64,000 bases of DNA, from assembly GCA_951406725.2 (NCBI GenBank), contig OX597820.1, positions 15,624,001-15,688,000 on the forward strand, written 5' to 3'. This document shows, in pieces, positions 50,359 to 64,000 of the stretch. The DNA is from Octopus vulgaris (taxonomy: Eukaryota). A program made the position numbers and the translations under genes. How positions within the stretch are numbered: position 1 is the stretch's first letter; the number at the start of each line of letters is the position of its first letter. Below the pieces are notes generated by a model. The model did not search any database, was not told where the DNA came from, and was given only the letters and a program-made list of their open reading frames with translations.

Positions 50359-51218
50359 AACTTAGTTGTAGATACTTATCGGATTATATCATTATCGTTT
50401 TAACATCCTCTTATCCATGCTTGTATCAGTTGGGCAGAGTTTATAAAGGCAGCTTTTCTAGTCAGGTGCTCTTCCTGTTGCTAACCCTCAACTGTTTCCA
50501 AGCAAGGTAATATTTTTCTGCAGCCAGACATGTTCTTGGAAAATATTGGAAATGAATGACACTGCTTGTATGACAGAAACAGATACATATACATACACAC
50601 GTGTGTGTGTATGACAATGCACACAGACACACACACAATGTAAGAAGCTCTTTTCAGTTTTCTGTCAACCAAATCAATTTGCTTTTGTAGGCCCAGAGTT
50701 ATAAGGAAAAAATACTTGTCCACAGTGCCACGCAGTGGTATTGAACCCATAAACATGCAGCTGAGAAACAAACTTTTCAACCACACAGCCACACTTACAC
50801 CTCCTATTGGATTATCATACCAAAGTTTTAATTAATGTTTTTAAGGTTAAAACTCAAAGATCTTTAATGAAGTGGTGAGAAGCATGAAAAGTGAAGTTTT
50901 AATTCCTCAAAACACTCTCAAACTCTGATATTAATCTAATATCTATCAGCCAAAACAAAAAAAAACTATATACATCATTATCTTTGTTTATATCACCTGA
51001 TACTTTATTATTACAGTGATGTATAAGATAAATCAATATACACTAAGTCTGAATTTTAACAGGTTCGTAAAAGTACTATTTTTCTAAGCAACAGAAATTG
51101 TTTCACATAACAAAAAAGTAAGTCTGTGATAAGAAATATGATTCAGTATAATAGAATGACTTGGGTAGTGAATACAAAAGATACGCTGAGATGAGTAAGA
51201 AATTAACTGATGATGAAC

Positions 51219-51492
51219 TGTGTGTGTGTGTGTGTGTGTGTGTGTACGTGTGTTTGTGTGCACATGCATGCAGTGTGTGTAGTGTGTGTACATTCATGCG
51301 TGGTGTGTGTGTGGATGTGCACATGGTGTGTGTGTGTACGTGTATGCATGGTGTGTGTGTAGTGTGTGTGCACATGTGGTATGTGTGTGTGTAGTGTATG
51401 TGTGGTGTGTGTGTAGTATGTGTGTGTAATATGTGTAGTATGTATGTAGTGTGTACGTATATGTGTGTAATGTAGCGTGTGTGTGCGTGTGT
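51219..51492. repeat. Compound (GT)-rich microsatellite
   Basis: Directly visible. Confidence 0.95.
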
Positions 51493-53414
51493 AAACTTAA
51501 GAGAATGGTTACGCATAAATAAAATTAAGAGACTAATTTAGTATCAAAAACTGTAGCCAATGTTTAGGGACTACAGTACATATGTATGTAGAACAATGCA
51601 TCCAAAATGATAAAAAAAATAATAATAATGAAATAAAATAAATATCAAAATTCTCTAAAGAAGATAGTTGCTATTACTGTAGAGACAAAGAATTATTTTG
51701 GATTAATTAGATTAGGCACAAGAACAGATAAGATAAAAACAGGATTAAGATGCATAGAGAACTAGAGTATTGTACACCAATGCCAACTAGGAAAAAATAG
51801 ATGCTTAAATGATGGTAGTGGTAGAGGTATACAGGATGAGCAGTTATGCACTAAGCTAAAAAAAAGTGTTAACATAAGCAGTAATTAAGGTCAAAGCAAA
51901 CTGACACAAAACCATTTCGCATGAAGACAATAAGAATATAGAACAATAAACTTTATCATATAGTAAGAATGTTTAAGACAGTTATCTACTGCTGTTGATG
52001 TTTAATACAGTATGAATTTTTATATCTTGCTCTTACAAATTAAATGTCCAGTACAATTTTTTTTTTCTTATCTTAAGGTTACCCTCACACATAATGAGAT
52101 ATAAATATACATTTCATATTTTATATCTGAATCTAGCACAACTACTGGTTCTTCAGAATGTACAGACAATAAGTCAAGTGCTTGCTAACTTTCACCTCCA
52201 ATGAAAGTGGTACACTGACATGACTATTTTTATAGAAATATATAAAAAAAAAATAAATAAATGACTTATTACTATGACAAATCAAAATAAAATTAAAAAA
52301 ATATATAGTCCGTGTAGTAAGGAAAGTTATCATACATCTAGGTATTGCTTGAGAGAAATATGTATTTTATTACAAAAAAAAAATAAATATTATTCTAAAT
52401 CTAAGGAAAATATGAACAAGCTCTGAATCAACAGACTTCAAAATCATAATTCTCACGGATAAAACAAGCATATTGAAAAGAAATAGGGATAGTAGTATCC
52501 TTGTGCCTGAGTTGAATGTAACAGATTTTTTTTTATCTTTTAAAACAGAGATGAAATTAAAATTTCTAATTTATTACAGTAAACACTTTGAAATAAGACA
52601 AACACAGGCATGGCTGTGAGATTTAGAAAGTTGCTTCACAGATATGTGATTTCAGGTTTAGTCCTTCTGTGTAGCACATTCAGTGTCTTTCTGCTATAGT
52701 TCTGGGTCAACCAATACCATGTGAAAGATTTTGTTAGATGGAAATTGCAGAAAGCACACCATTGCTTCTTCCTGTGTTTTCTTCAATTCTTCTCTTCTGC
52801 AGATTCCTTCCATTTGAATTGCTTGGTACTTCTTATCATACTTTCATCTGCATCACATTTCTATACCAGCACAATCTTCTTTCTTGCACACTACATATAA
52901 TTCTTCTTATAACCAATTTTTCTTCCAGCTCACTTGTACACTAGCATTACACATCAAACAAATGTGCTTGCCTCATTTCATTCAAACTTTCACACATCCT
53001 CCAATATTCAATGTCCACATTTTGATGCCATGCAACACTGCTCTTTGTACACAAGTATCATACAATTTCCCCTTCACTTGGAGACAGAATTTCTGTGTTG
53101 CCAGCAGGGGTTACAGCTCCCTAAACATTTTCCCACTCTATTCATACATAAGCTATTTTATATTTTCTGAACACAAACTTCCATTGATTATTAAGTTACA
53201 CCTACATAACAAAAGCTATCAACTAATTTTAAATTTATTTCACATGTGGTCTTACTGCTCATTACACCATATCAGTCTCTTCCACATGAAACCAGAATGA
53301 AGCAATTTGGCATAGTTCTTTAGATGCTGACAATTTGGCATGGTTGACTGGACATTCAACCTGCTTTAGCAACAGTATGTTTTAGCACTGGAGGCTGTTT
53401 ATAAACATACACAT

Positions 53415-53595
53415 CATCATCATTTAACGTTCGTTTTCCATGCTAGCATGGGTTGGACGGTTTGACCAGGGTCTGGGAAGCCAGGAGGCTGCACCAGGCT
53501 CCAGTCTGATCTAGAAGTGTTTCTACAGCTGGATGCCCTTCCTAACGCCAACCATTCAGCAAGTGTAGTGGGTGCTTTTTACGTGCCACTGGCAC
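53415..53595 (-). mobile_element. Family D SINE 3' part
   Basis: catcatcatttaacgttcg...ctggatgcccttcctaacgcc. Confidence 0.75.
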
Positions 53596-54389
53596 AGTGC
53601 ACAGAAATATACACATACTGAGAGAGAGAGATTATACATACATACAGACATAACTTCATGCTCACACACAGAAACAGAGAGGAAGAGAACGAAAGAGAGA
53701 GTGAGAGAGGAAAATGTTAGAACAGGAAAAACATTAAAATATCTGATGTCAAGTAAGTCAGCATCAAATCAGTGACATCAAAAGTTCCCATACCCTTATG
53801 AAATCATCCTTCCCTGTAATCCCACTATACTACTTTTGCATCCATATTGAGTATACCAGAGGGAATTTTATCAACTCCTTTTCTGTATATCAAAAGTAGT
53901 CCACTTCCTGCCAGCTAAAACTTATATTTACTCAGTTTACTTCAAAGTTTTTTAATTCTAGCTTTTGTTTCCATTTAGAATTTCTCTAAATTTGTAATAG
54001 ATTCAATAACCAGAACTGGGTCATCTACCTAGTTCTCAGGAACGTCTGCCTTAAAATCCTTATATGGTGTAGACAACTATTATAAATAGTGGTGGGGGGA
54101 GTGCTGGAAACCAACCTATCTGAACACTAAGCTTATCCCTTAATGGCAAACCTCTTACTTTCAGTTTCTTTCTGCACCACATATACCTGTTATCTAGCTT
54201 CTTTCCCACCTATCTGATATTGTTCCTTGCTACACACCCATTTTATTCCAATCTTTCCAGGACTGTCTCTTAGCTTTTATGGCTTTATCTACTGCACCAC
54301 TCCACCACCATGCCACCTGCCATCTGGTCAATCTACATCTTGCTCTATGCATAGCTCTGGTCTGTGCCTGCTGTAGAATGCTTCATAAA

Positions 54390-54965
54390 AAAGGCAGTGA
54401 GCTGGCAGAATCGTTAGCATGCCGAGCGAAATGCTTAGCGGTATTTCGCCTGCTGTTACATTCTGAGTTCAAATTCCGCCGAGGTCGACTTTGCCTTTCA
54501 TCCTTTCGGGATCGATTAAATAAGTACCAATTACGCATTGGGGTCGATATAATCGACTTAATCCGTTTGTCTGTCCTTGTTTGTCCTTTCTGTGTTTAGC
54601 CCCTTGTGGGTAGTAAAGAAATAGGTATTTCGTCTGCCGCTACGTTCTGAGTTCAAATTACGCCGAGGTCGACTTTGCCTTTCGGGGTCGATTAAATAAG
54701 TACTAGTTACGCACTGGGGTCGATATAATCGACTTAATCCGTTTGTCCTTGTTTGTCCTCTCTGTGTTTAGCCCCTTGTAGATAGTAAAGAAATAGGTAT
54801 TTCATCTGTCTTTACGTTCTGAGTTCAAATTCCACCAAGGTCGACTTTGCCTTTCATCCTTTCGGGGTCAATAAATTAAGTATCAGTTGCATACCGAGGT
54901 CGATCTAATTGACTGCCCACCCCCCTCAAAAATTTCAGGCCTTGCACCTAGAGTAGAAAAGAACG
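54390..54965 (+). mobile_element. Family B SINE with triplicated body
   Basis: The unit gtatttc...ttctgagttcaaatt...gtcgactttgcctt starts at ~54441, ~54626 and ~54797. Confidence 0.85.
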
Positions 54966-55329
54966 TTTCATAAAAACTCTTAATACTCTTCTATAAATCT
55001 TTATCCCTTCCTCCTTTTTATTTAGGTCAACAAGTACTTGTTTGAATCTACATCTGATCAAGAGATCTTACAGTATCAATACCTTATTTTTGCAGACTCC
55101 CTTGTGTTTCTGAATCTATTTACCCAACTAAACCAGATATCACTAATCACTAGTCCATGTTGAGTGATACATTTTGCATTGGAGAAAAAATTAGCATTCA
55201 CATCCAACTGTCTATTATATTTCCAGGTGAGTATGAAGTCTTCTTGTTTTGCGTCATTGCTTGAGACAGATTAATAATATTAATCCACCTCATTCTTTAT
55301 ATCATGTACATAAATTATATAAATATATC

Positions 55330-55775
55330 AGAGTAGTCATAATGAGATTGTCTAACATATCCATTAAAGTTACCAGCTATGATAATGAAGTTGCTGTCAT
55401 CATTTGTTATTGATAGTCTGCAAGAGAACTTCAAAGAAACAGTGCTCTTGCTCACCTGCCAGTACAGATTGGTATGCATATGTTGAGGTAAATCATTGAT
55501 GCTGCAGTGCTGCTTACCACTAACCAAAGTTTAATCATTTGTCACATATCCTGGTTACTTTAATTACTTTATCGACTTATTTCTTTGCCAGACGAAATGC
55601 CTACTCCACCCAACCCAACACTGTTACATATCCAGAAGAATTTGTACCTGTATTTCTTGTCCACTAAGAGTCTGGCCGAGGCTTCCCTTTATCTTGTCTT
55701 GTATACATGGCATACATTTATTTGCCTCTACTCTAACACCAGACCTATCTTTCATTAGCATTATGCCAACATTAG
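55330..55775 (-). mobile_element. Decayed RTE LINE apurinic endonuclease fragment
   Basis: FIIIAGNFNGYV (GDFN motif), YKFFW and GGVGI remnants. Confidence 0.6.
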
Positions 55776-56090
55776 TGGAGGCGCAATGGCCCAGTGGTTA
55801 GGGCAGCAGACTCGCGGTCGGAGGATCACGGTTTCGATTCCCAGACGAGGCATTCTGTGTGTTTATTGAGCGAAAACACCTAAAGCTCCATGAGGCTCTG
55901 GCAGGGGGTGGTAGTGAACCCTCTTGTACTCTTTCGCCCCCAACTTTCTCTCACTCTCTCTCTTTCTTCCTGTTTCTTGAGTAACGCTGCGATGGACTGG
56001 CATCCTGTTCAGCTGGGGGGAAAACATACACCACAGAAGCCGGGAAACCAGGCCCATGAGCCTGGCTAGGCCTGCAAAGGGCGCGTAAAT
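55775..56090 (+). mobile_element. Family C SINE, full length
   Basis: gtggaggcgcaatggcccagtggttagg...ggtttcgattccc A/B boxes. Confidence 0.85.
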
Positions 56091-56494
56091 AAAAAAAATG
56101 CCAACCTAAACAGTGGCAGCTTTGGAGTCTGAGTAGCAAGTGAGCTGTTTGATGTCTGTTCTTCTACATCTGAAAGGAAGAGTGTTAAATAAGAATGCCT
56201 AGACCATTTGATGTCAGCCAAAGGGTTCTCACATCTGGTCAAACGTTCCCACCTGAGCTCTTCCCTAATGTGCACACCATTAATATGATGTGTGTCTGTT
56301 CAATGCATGCAAATAAGTTTTGGCATTCTATATCTTTTTTTTTTTTGACATAGAAAGGGCATCTAGTCATAAAACTATTACCAATCACTTTACAACATGA
56401 ACAGGGTACATTTTATCATGTCAACAGACTGGAGAGATTGTCAAGTGGCTCCACCACTAAAATGTTTCTTCCACACTGTTTTATTCTTTCTTTT

Positions 56495-56670
56495 TCTTTT
56501 ATTCGTTTCAGTCATTTTGACTGCAGCCATGCTGGAGCACCGCTTTTAGTTGAGAAAATCGACCCCAGGACTTATTTATTGTAAGCCTAGTACTTATTCC
56601 ATTGGTCTGTTACGCCAAACCGCTAAGTTACGGGGACGTAAACACACCAGCATCGATGTCAAGCGATGTT

Positions 56671-56706
<36 letters not shown>

Positions 56707-56880
56707 TATATATATACGATGGGCTTCTTTCAGTTTCCATCTACCAAATCCACTCACAAGGCTTTGGTCGGCCTGAGGTTATAGTAGAAGACACTTGTCC
56801 AAGGTGCCACGCAGTAGGACTGAACCTGGAACCATGTGGTTGGTTAGCAAGCTACTTACCACACAGCCACTCTTGTGCCT
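56495..56880 (-). mobile_element. Family A SINE, full length
   Basis: High identity to the family A copies. Confidence 0.88.
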
Positions 56881-57374
56881 TTCTTAATTTTTTTTTTTTT
56901 GGCAGAGTTAACGCTCTCCTAGACTAGTTGTCTTTATTGCAGTCTGTAGTGTTCATGTCTCATCTGTGTTGAATTTTATTCAGTATTTCTCATATCCTAG
57001 TTAGGTTGCTTTCACTATGGCTGGAGAACTACTTTTCAAGGCACTCCAGTGAAGACTGTGGAAGCAGTCACATAGTAGCTCCCTGTCATATGCTGTTAAA
57101 ATAGTTAGGGTAGCATGGAAGACACAGTTACCCCAGGCTAGGTGATTCAGTCTAGTTTATATAGATAATTATTATTTTAATTTAATAAGATACTCCCAAA
57201 TTGCAATCCATGATATAGACTGTAATATCATTATTTATCACAATAAGCTCCACAGAATACATAGAAAGTGAGTAATAATCTGACAAAGACACTTGATTCC
57301 TCTGCACAACACTTTGAGCAGTGTCTTTGCAGCCTGTTGGCTTCTCAACATGAGAAAAGAAAGGAGAGAGTGAG

Positions 57375-57413
<39 letters not shown>

Positions 57414-57664
57414 AAAGGAATAAAAAGTTAAGAGAAACCTAAGAAAAGAATGAAAGTTGAGAGAAACTAAGAGAAGAGACAAAATTAGTAAGAGCTGAGA
57501 AATGAGTAAAGCTTAAATATGAATAATTATTATCTTAGCTTAATTTAATAATGTTGGGGAAATTTTGCCAAGCATCCCAGCAGAATCAATGAAATATGGA
57601 TCCAAAAGCTGATTAGATATACCCCCTCCCTTAAATGTGTGCAGCTCTGTGCCAAAATTACAGA

Positions 57665-57812
57665 TCATTATTGGTATTATTATTATCATCATTATTATTA
57701 TTATTATCATTATTATTATCATTATTATCATTATTATTATCATTATTATTATCATTATTATCATCATCATCATCATCATTATTATTATTATTATTATTAT
57801 AATTATCATCAT
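57665..57812. repeat. (ATT/ATC)n trinucleotide microsatellite
   Basis: Directly visible; source of the poly-Ile ORFs. Confidence 0.95.
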
Positions 57813-58729
57813 CCCTGTTGTTTGTTGCTCATTTAGTGAAGTAAAGGAGTGCACAAATGATGCAGCGAATCTCAAGAAGATGGCTAGAGAATCAATTATT
57901 TAAGAGTTCCTTATTCATTGAACACATAGTCAATTGCGCCAAATCAAATTATAGATTACTCTTTATTTTATTAACGCAAAGTGAATGAAAGGCAAAACTG
58001 TCCTTTACTGACAAGATCCATACTGAGTTTAATATCCCTTTGATGTTGTGCTGGAAGTAGCAAGTAAGTCTTGCCTCTTGGATAATGTAATTATTACTTG
58101 TTGAGTTATCGATAGTATGGTAATAAGAACTTCAAAGATGTAGAATTGAGAGATGTCTAGAGGACTGCTGCTTCTTATTCTGTTGAACAGGAGAATTATA
58201 TATGTATAGCAAATATGTGATGTTGCACTGTTGAAAAATATCAGCAGTTTAGTTAGAACAACTGCAACAATTAGAGAGGAATTAAGTGTAGATTGTTAGA
58301 TGAACAATATGGACTGCTGATAAAGATTGAATGCGAGAGAATGGACACGTCACAATGGTATCAAAAGCATCGGTTGATATATGTAAAAAAGATACAACTG
58401 CACTTTAGTGGTGTACATAGATAATGAGAATGTGAGATGACAAAGATGGCAAATGTTAACATAAGGGAAAACTTACTTGTGACAGAGAAGTTATATGACA
58501 CTTCAGATAAGTGAATCTAGGATTGTAATATATATGCATATATGGGAGAGAGAGGAAGAGTGGGGAGAGAGAAAGAGAGAGAGAGCAGGGAGAGAGAGAC
58601 AGAGACAGACAGAGACTTACAACTGTACAACATCTCTATGTCATTTCATCATAATAGGAATGAAAAAGCCTTATCAGGGTAGAACATGCTAGAAAGTGTA
58701 AGGAATATGAAGTTTATAATTTTTTGCAT

Positions 58730-60128
58730 AGCACTTTGGGTAGGTGTCTTCTACTATAGCCTCAGATTGACCAATGACTTTAGAGAGAATTTGATAAGTG
58801 GAAACTGTGTGTCATATGTGTATATGTGTGTGTCTTTTATGTCTGTGGTTGTCACTACCCGTACCACTGCTTCACAACAGGTGTTGGTTTGTTTATGTCC
58901 CTGTAACTTAGCAGTCCAGCAAAAGACACTGACAGAATAAGACTTAAGGAAGAAAATAACTACTGGGGTCAAATTTGTTCAACTAAAACCTGTTAAGCCA
59001 GTGTTCCAGCATGGCCACAGCCCAATGACTAAAACAAGTAAAAGAAAGATGAAAGATATATGCGTAGACGTAGGAGTGGCTGTGTGGTAAGTAGCTTGCT
59101 TACCAACCACATGGTTGCAAATTCAGTTCCACTGCTTGGCACCTTCAGCAAGTGTCTTCTACTATAGCCTTGGGCCAACCAAAGCCTTGTGAGTGGATTT
59201 GGTAGATGGAAACTGAAAGAAGCCCATCGTATATATATATGTATGTGTGTGTGTGTGTGTGTGTGTCTGCGTTTGTTCCCCCCCAACATCGCTTGACCTC
59301 AAATGCTGGTGTGTTTACGTCCCCGTAATTTAGCGGCTCAGCCAAAGAAACCGATTGAATAAGAACTAGGCATACAAAGAATAAGTCCTGGGGTCAATCT
59401 GCTTGACTAAAGGCGGTGCTCCAGCATGGCTGTAGTCAAATGACTGAAACAAGTAAAAGAGTATAAACATGTGAAGGCGCATAGCTCAGTGGTTAAGGTG
59501 TTGCACTCTCGATTGTGAGATCGTGGGTTCAATTCCCAGACCGAGCGTTGCATTGTGTTCTTGAGCAAAGCTCTTCATTTCACATTGCTCTGCAATCATT
59601 TCAGCATCTGACATGCTGCACCCCATTGCAATTGTACAGGTAATGTTGATTTGATGGAGGGAGTGAGCTTATATGTACACAAACATCTGATCCTTATAAA
59701 CAAATCATCTGAGTGGTTGTTCAGTAGGAAATTGTCAAACTCTCATACGTCATCTAACAATAGGAGAGTCCATATATATATATATATACGCACCGGCATG
59801 ATGGCTGTGTGGTAAGAAGCTTGCTTCCCAACCACATGGATCCAGGCTCAGTCCCTCTGTGTGGCACTTTGAGCAAGTATCTTCTACTGTAGCCTTGGGC
59901 CAACCAAAGCCTTGTGAGTGGATTTGGTAGACAGAAACTGAAAGAAGCCTATTGTGCGTGCATGTGTTTGTGTCTCTGTCCCCCACCACTGCTTGGCAAC
60001 TGGTGCTGGTGCATTTACATCCCTGTAAATAATCACTGGGGTTGATTCGTTTGACTAAAAAAATTCACCAAGGTGGTGCTCCAGCATGGCCACCGTCTAA
60101 TGACTGAAACAAGTAAAAGATAAAAGAT
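58730..60128 (+). mobile_element. Tandem SINE cluster (family A at 58730, 59070 and 59795; C-related at 59470)
   Basis: Successive heads and tails, all in the same orientation. Confidence 0.8.
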
Positions 60129-60970
60129 ATATCATTAGATAAAAGCTAAGCATAAATTACGGAACTTTTATAGTTTCACACTTTCTGCTTTGTTGTCCTA
60201 CAAAGCAAGCAAGGGTGACTTTTACCTTTCATCATAGAATAAGGTTAATGAAATAAAAGTAACATTGATTTTTACGGCTATTTAAGTCATTCAGCTATTT
60301 CCCTATCAAAAGTAAATTTGTATTAAAAAGAAAAAACATCCTATCAATTCTTTGATGTCAGTTGTGCTTACTGATCAAGCAGACTTCTGATCAAAAGGTT
60401 TTCTAGCTATGACTCTCATCTTAAGTACAAGACACATTTTTTTTCTTTTGCATAATGATATTTGTGTAACTTATCTAACAAATCTTTCCTCTTTTTTTTG
60501 TTTCTTTTTAGCACATTGTTATTTGAGGGTGATTTGGCTGCTATATGGTAAGTAACCTTGCAGCGATTTAATCATTGGCTTGTGTGTGTGTGTGTGTGTG
60601 TGTGCATGAACATATATGTGTTTATGCATATGTATGTGTGAATATATCTGTGTGAGAATAGGTTTCCAAGTCAGCTCATGCAGGTATGATTTCTAATTTC
60701 ACTCCTTATAACAGCATTTTTGGGCCTTGTAGTTAATATCCTGGACAAAGAGATGAATTCCATTAAGCTCATATGACCATGATGCACTCAAATAAAGACA
60801 AATTTGAAATGAGAAAAATACTATTTATTTTAAATCTCATAACAATATATATATATACACTATCTATTTCATACCTAATAAGAAAGCCTACTTTCTAAAC
60901 ATACATTTTTAGAAAACTCTAAATTAAAGGCATCATCATAATATATATGAGTGCTTCAACAAAGATATTG

Positions 60971-61140
60971 GTGACTGGTAAATAAAGTCACATGAAAAAA
61001 AGCCACAATAATAAAGTCACAATTTTGGCTAGGAAAAAAGTCACAATTAATATATGGGATCTGGACAAAAACCCTCTCAAACAAAAACCTCTGGACAAAA
61101 CCCCTGTGACTTTATTACCGTGACTTTTTTACCTGGATTC
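60971..61140. mobile_element. Small foldback/MULE-like element with subterminal aaaagtcac repeats
   Basis: Repeated (t/a)aaagtcac on the left and gtgacttt on the right, with flanking AGATATTG at 60963-60970 and 61142-61149. Confidence 0.55.
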
Positions 61141-61679
61141 TAGATATTGATGCTAAATTTGCATGAAAAAAAAAAGGCATACATAAAATAGTTATTTTTC
61201 TAACCAACTGATCTGTTGTTGACAATGCTTAAATTTATTTCACAAGCCTATTCTTTTATTCTTTCACTGATTTCAGTAATCCTACTATGGCTGTGCCTTT
61301 TTTTACTGGCACTCCATCAGTTACAACAATGAGGGTTCCAGTCGATCCAATCAATGGGACAGCCTACTCATGAAATTAAAGTGCAAAGTGGTTGAGCACT
61401 CCACAGACACATGCACCCTTAATATAGTTCTCAAGGAGATTCAGCATGACACAGAATATGACAAGGCTGATGCTTTAAAATACAGGTATTACTCATTTTT
61501 GCCAGCTGGGTACTGCTATCAAGGGTACAATCAATTACATGTTGAGCACAGTTCTTGACTGATGCTTATGTTATTAGCGGAAAGGATGAAAGGCAAAGAT
61601 TACCTTTGAACTCAAGAACATAAGATAACGTAAGCTAAATGTTCAAAAAATAGACATATTTAGGCACAGGCTAAATGGG

Positions 61680-63270
61680 CTTGCTTCCCACCAACATGGT
61701 TCCGGGTTCAGTCCCACTGTGTAACACCTTGTGCAAGTGTCTGCTGCAATAGCCTTGGGCCAACCAAAGCCTTGTGAGTGGATTTGGTAAACAGAAACTG
61801 AAAGAAACCCGTTGTGTGTGTGTGTGTGTGTGTGTTCCCTACCCCAGCATTGCTTGACAACCGATGTTGGTGTGTTTACGTCCCCATAACTTATTGGTTC
61901 AGCAAAAGACACTGATAGAATAAGTACTAGGCTTACAAAGAATAAGTCCCAGGGTTGATTTGTTCAACTAAAAGGCAGTGCTCCAGCATGGCCACAGTCA
62001 AATGACTGAAACAAGTAAAAGAGTAAAGAGTACATTCATATTTTCTGTTACTTCCATCTCACTTATTTCTTTACTACACACAGAGGGGACAAACAAGGAC
62101 AGACAAACAGATTAAGTTGATTATATCGACCCCAGTGTGTAACTGGTACTTAATTTATCGATTCCGAAAGGATGAAAGGCAAATACCGTTAAGCATTTCG
62201 CCCGGTGTGCTAACGTTTCTGCCAGCTTGCCGCCTTTTTTAACTTTCATACTAGTGTACATGTGTTTGTGTATATCTTATTGGTAAATTGTTAGTAAGAA
62301 AGGATTAACATTATCCATGGATGAATTTAAATGTTTATGTCATCAGGATTGAAGTGCAGCAATAATTCCAAACATTGCAAGTATTTTTAATACATACTGT
62401 TCTGTCACAGCCTTCATTTGTGTATGAAAGTATGTATCATGTTGTTTTATAATGCATCGACTTATAGGTGTGTGAGTGTGTGTATGTATAATATAAAAAT
62501 GCATTAGGCGGTAAGCTGGCAGAAACGTTAGCATGCTAGGTAAAATGCTTAGTGGTATTTCGTCTGTCTTTACGTTCTGAGTTCAAATTCCACCGAGGTT
62601 GACTTTGCCTTTCATCCTTTCGGGGTCAATAAATTAAGTACCAGTTGCATACTGGGGTTGATCTAATCGACTGGCCCTCTCCCACAAAATTACAGGCCTT
62701 GTGCCTAGAGTAGAAAAGAATATATGAATGCATACATATATAATATATGGACCTCATGCATGTAGTCAAGCATCTAAATATGAATACACATGCATATAAT
62801 CACTGACACACACACAAACAAACAAAATCATAATAATTAATACACTATACTTGCATAATAATAAAAATTCTTTCTACTATAGAAGAAAAAGGCCTGAAAT
62901 TTTGGGGGAGGGGTCTAGTCAATTACATCAACTCCCACAACTCAACTGGTACTTAGTTTATCAACCTTGAAATTATGAAAGGCAAATTCAATCTCAGCAG
63001 AATCTGAATTCGGAATGTAAAGTCTGAAGAAATGCCACTAAGCATTTTCCTCAACATGCCAACAATTGTCAGGTCACAACCTTTATATTCATAACGGTTT
63101 CTGAAATTGCCACACAAGGGCAGCAGTTTCAGAGAAGAGGGTAAGTCCATTACACCAACCCCAACCCCAGTGCTCAACTGGTACTGAAGGAATGAAAAGC
63201 AAAGTCTACTTCAGCAGAATTTGAACTCATAACATAAGGAATCAAAAGAAATGTTGTTAAGCATTTGTCC
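61680..63270. mobile_element. SINE cluster: family A (61680-62030 +) and family B copies (62045 -, 62505 +, 62865 -, 63100 -)
   Basis: Homology to copies elsewhere in the window. Confidence 0.78.
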
Positions 63271-63286
63271 AAATAATGATGTAGCG

Positions 63287-63402
63287 CAGTGGCTCCCAGC
63301 CTTTTCAGTGGTTCCCAACCATTATATTTAAATGAGTTTTCCTATGGACCCCTTTTTATATGCTTATCCTTATGTGTGTGTGTGTTTGTGTGTATGTATG
63401 TG

Positions 63403-63445
<43 letters not shown>

Positions 63446-63701
63446 TTTGTAGAAAACATAAATCAGAAAAAAGAGGCACACTCTAAGATGTAGAGCAGTA
63501 TATATTAAAAATAGGGAAGGCCAGTTTAAGGGATTACTTTAGGTTTCCTGTCCATAAAGGGTCTAATCCCATAAACCAGCCTTCCCCATTTTTAATATAT
63601 ATATATATATATGAAATTTTGAATTTAGCTTATCAGGCGCCAATACTACCTTTTGTGAACCACCAGGGGCCTGCCCCAAGACCCCGGGTTGGGAACCACT
63701 G
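63287..63701. mobile_element. hAT (Charlie-type) MITE
   Basis: CAGTGG(C/T)TCCCA TIR (duplicated at the left end) and ggttgggaaccactg, with TSD ATGTAG(C/T)G at 63279-63286 and 63702-63709. Confidence 0.8.
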
Positions 63702-64000
63702 ATGTAGTGTATAGGCATGCAAGCATCGAAAAGTGGATGCCAATGACAATGATGATGATATGCACACATATACGCAATAATCACCACATGTAAACATGCA
63801 CTAATTATAACACACACACACATTAATCCTTATAAACCTAAGTACATGTAGCTATCACCACAACTATAACCATTTACTGTTGCCACTGTTATTATTCTGT
63901 TACTGAAAAGTCTGTATGACACTTCACCTAAGAAAAGTAGTAATAAGGGTAACAAGAAATAAGACAGAGAAAAACCATAACTGTAATAGCAATCAAAGTG

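Noticed and set aside
57540-57903. Poly-Ile, poly-His and poly-Tyr ORFs
   Set aside because: Translations of an (ATT/ATC)n microsatellite.
1-64000. Prokaryotic systems (CRISPR arrays, operons, defence islands)
   Set aside because: The sequence is eukaryotic and repeat-rich, with no repeat-spacer arrays or gene-dense regions.

Overview
AT-rich eukaryotic genomic DNA. The SINE families, microsatellites and TTAGGG-type repeats point to a coleoid cephalopod, most likely Octopus (inferred). The only host protein-coding sequence I can support is the first coding exon of a liprin-beta (PPFIBP) gene on the minus strand: exon 12423-12811, ATG at 12600, motif SDMLAAALEQMDNIIA. The rest appears to be intron or upstream sequence. 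It is filled with tRNA-derived SINEs, RTE-clade LINE fragments, decayed hAT/Buster transposons (one full length with TIRs and TSD), nested MITEs and foldback elements, Penelope-like relics and simple repeats. Almost all ORF-track entries are repeat artefacts. The most notable structures are a minimal hammerhead ribozyme in a long hairpin (723-828), a foldback element with a telomere-repeat core (22058-22722), an internally deleted RTE-like element with a structured 5' RNA (38797-39163), a tRNA-head/hammerhead-relic chimera (10281-10667) and a perfect 55-bp-arm palindrome (33607-33724). Repeat boundaries were read by eye and are approximate unless a TSD is given.
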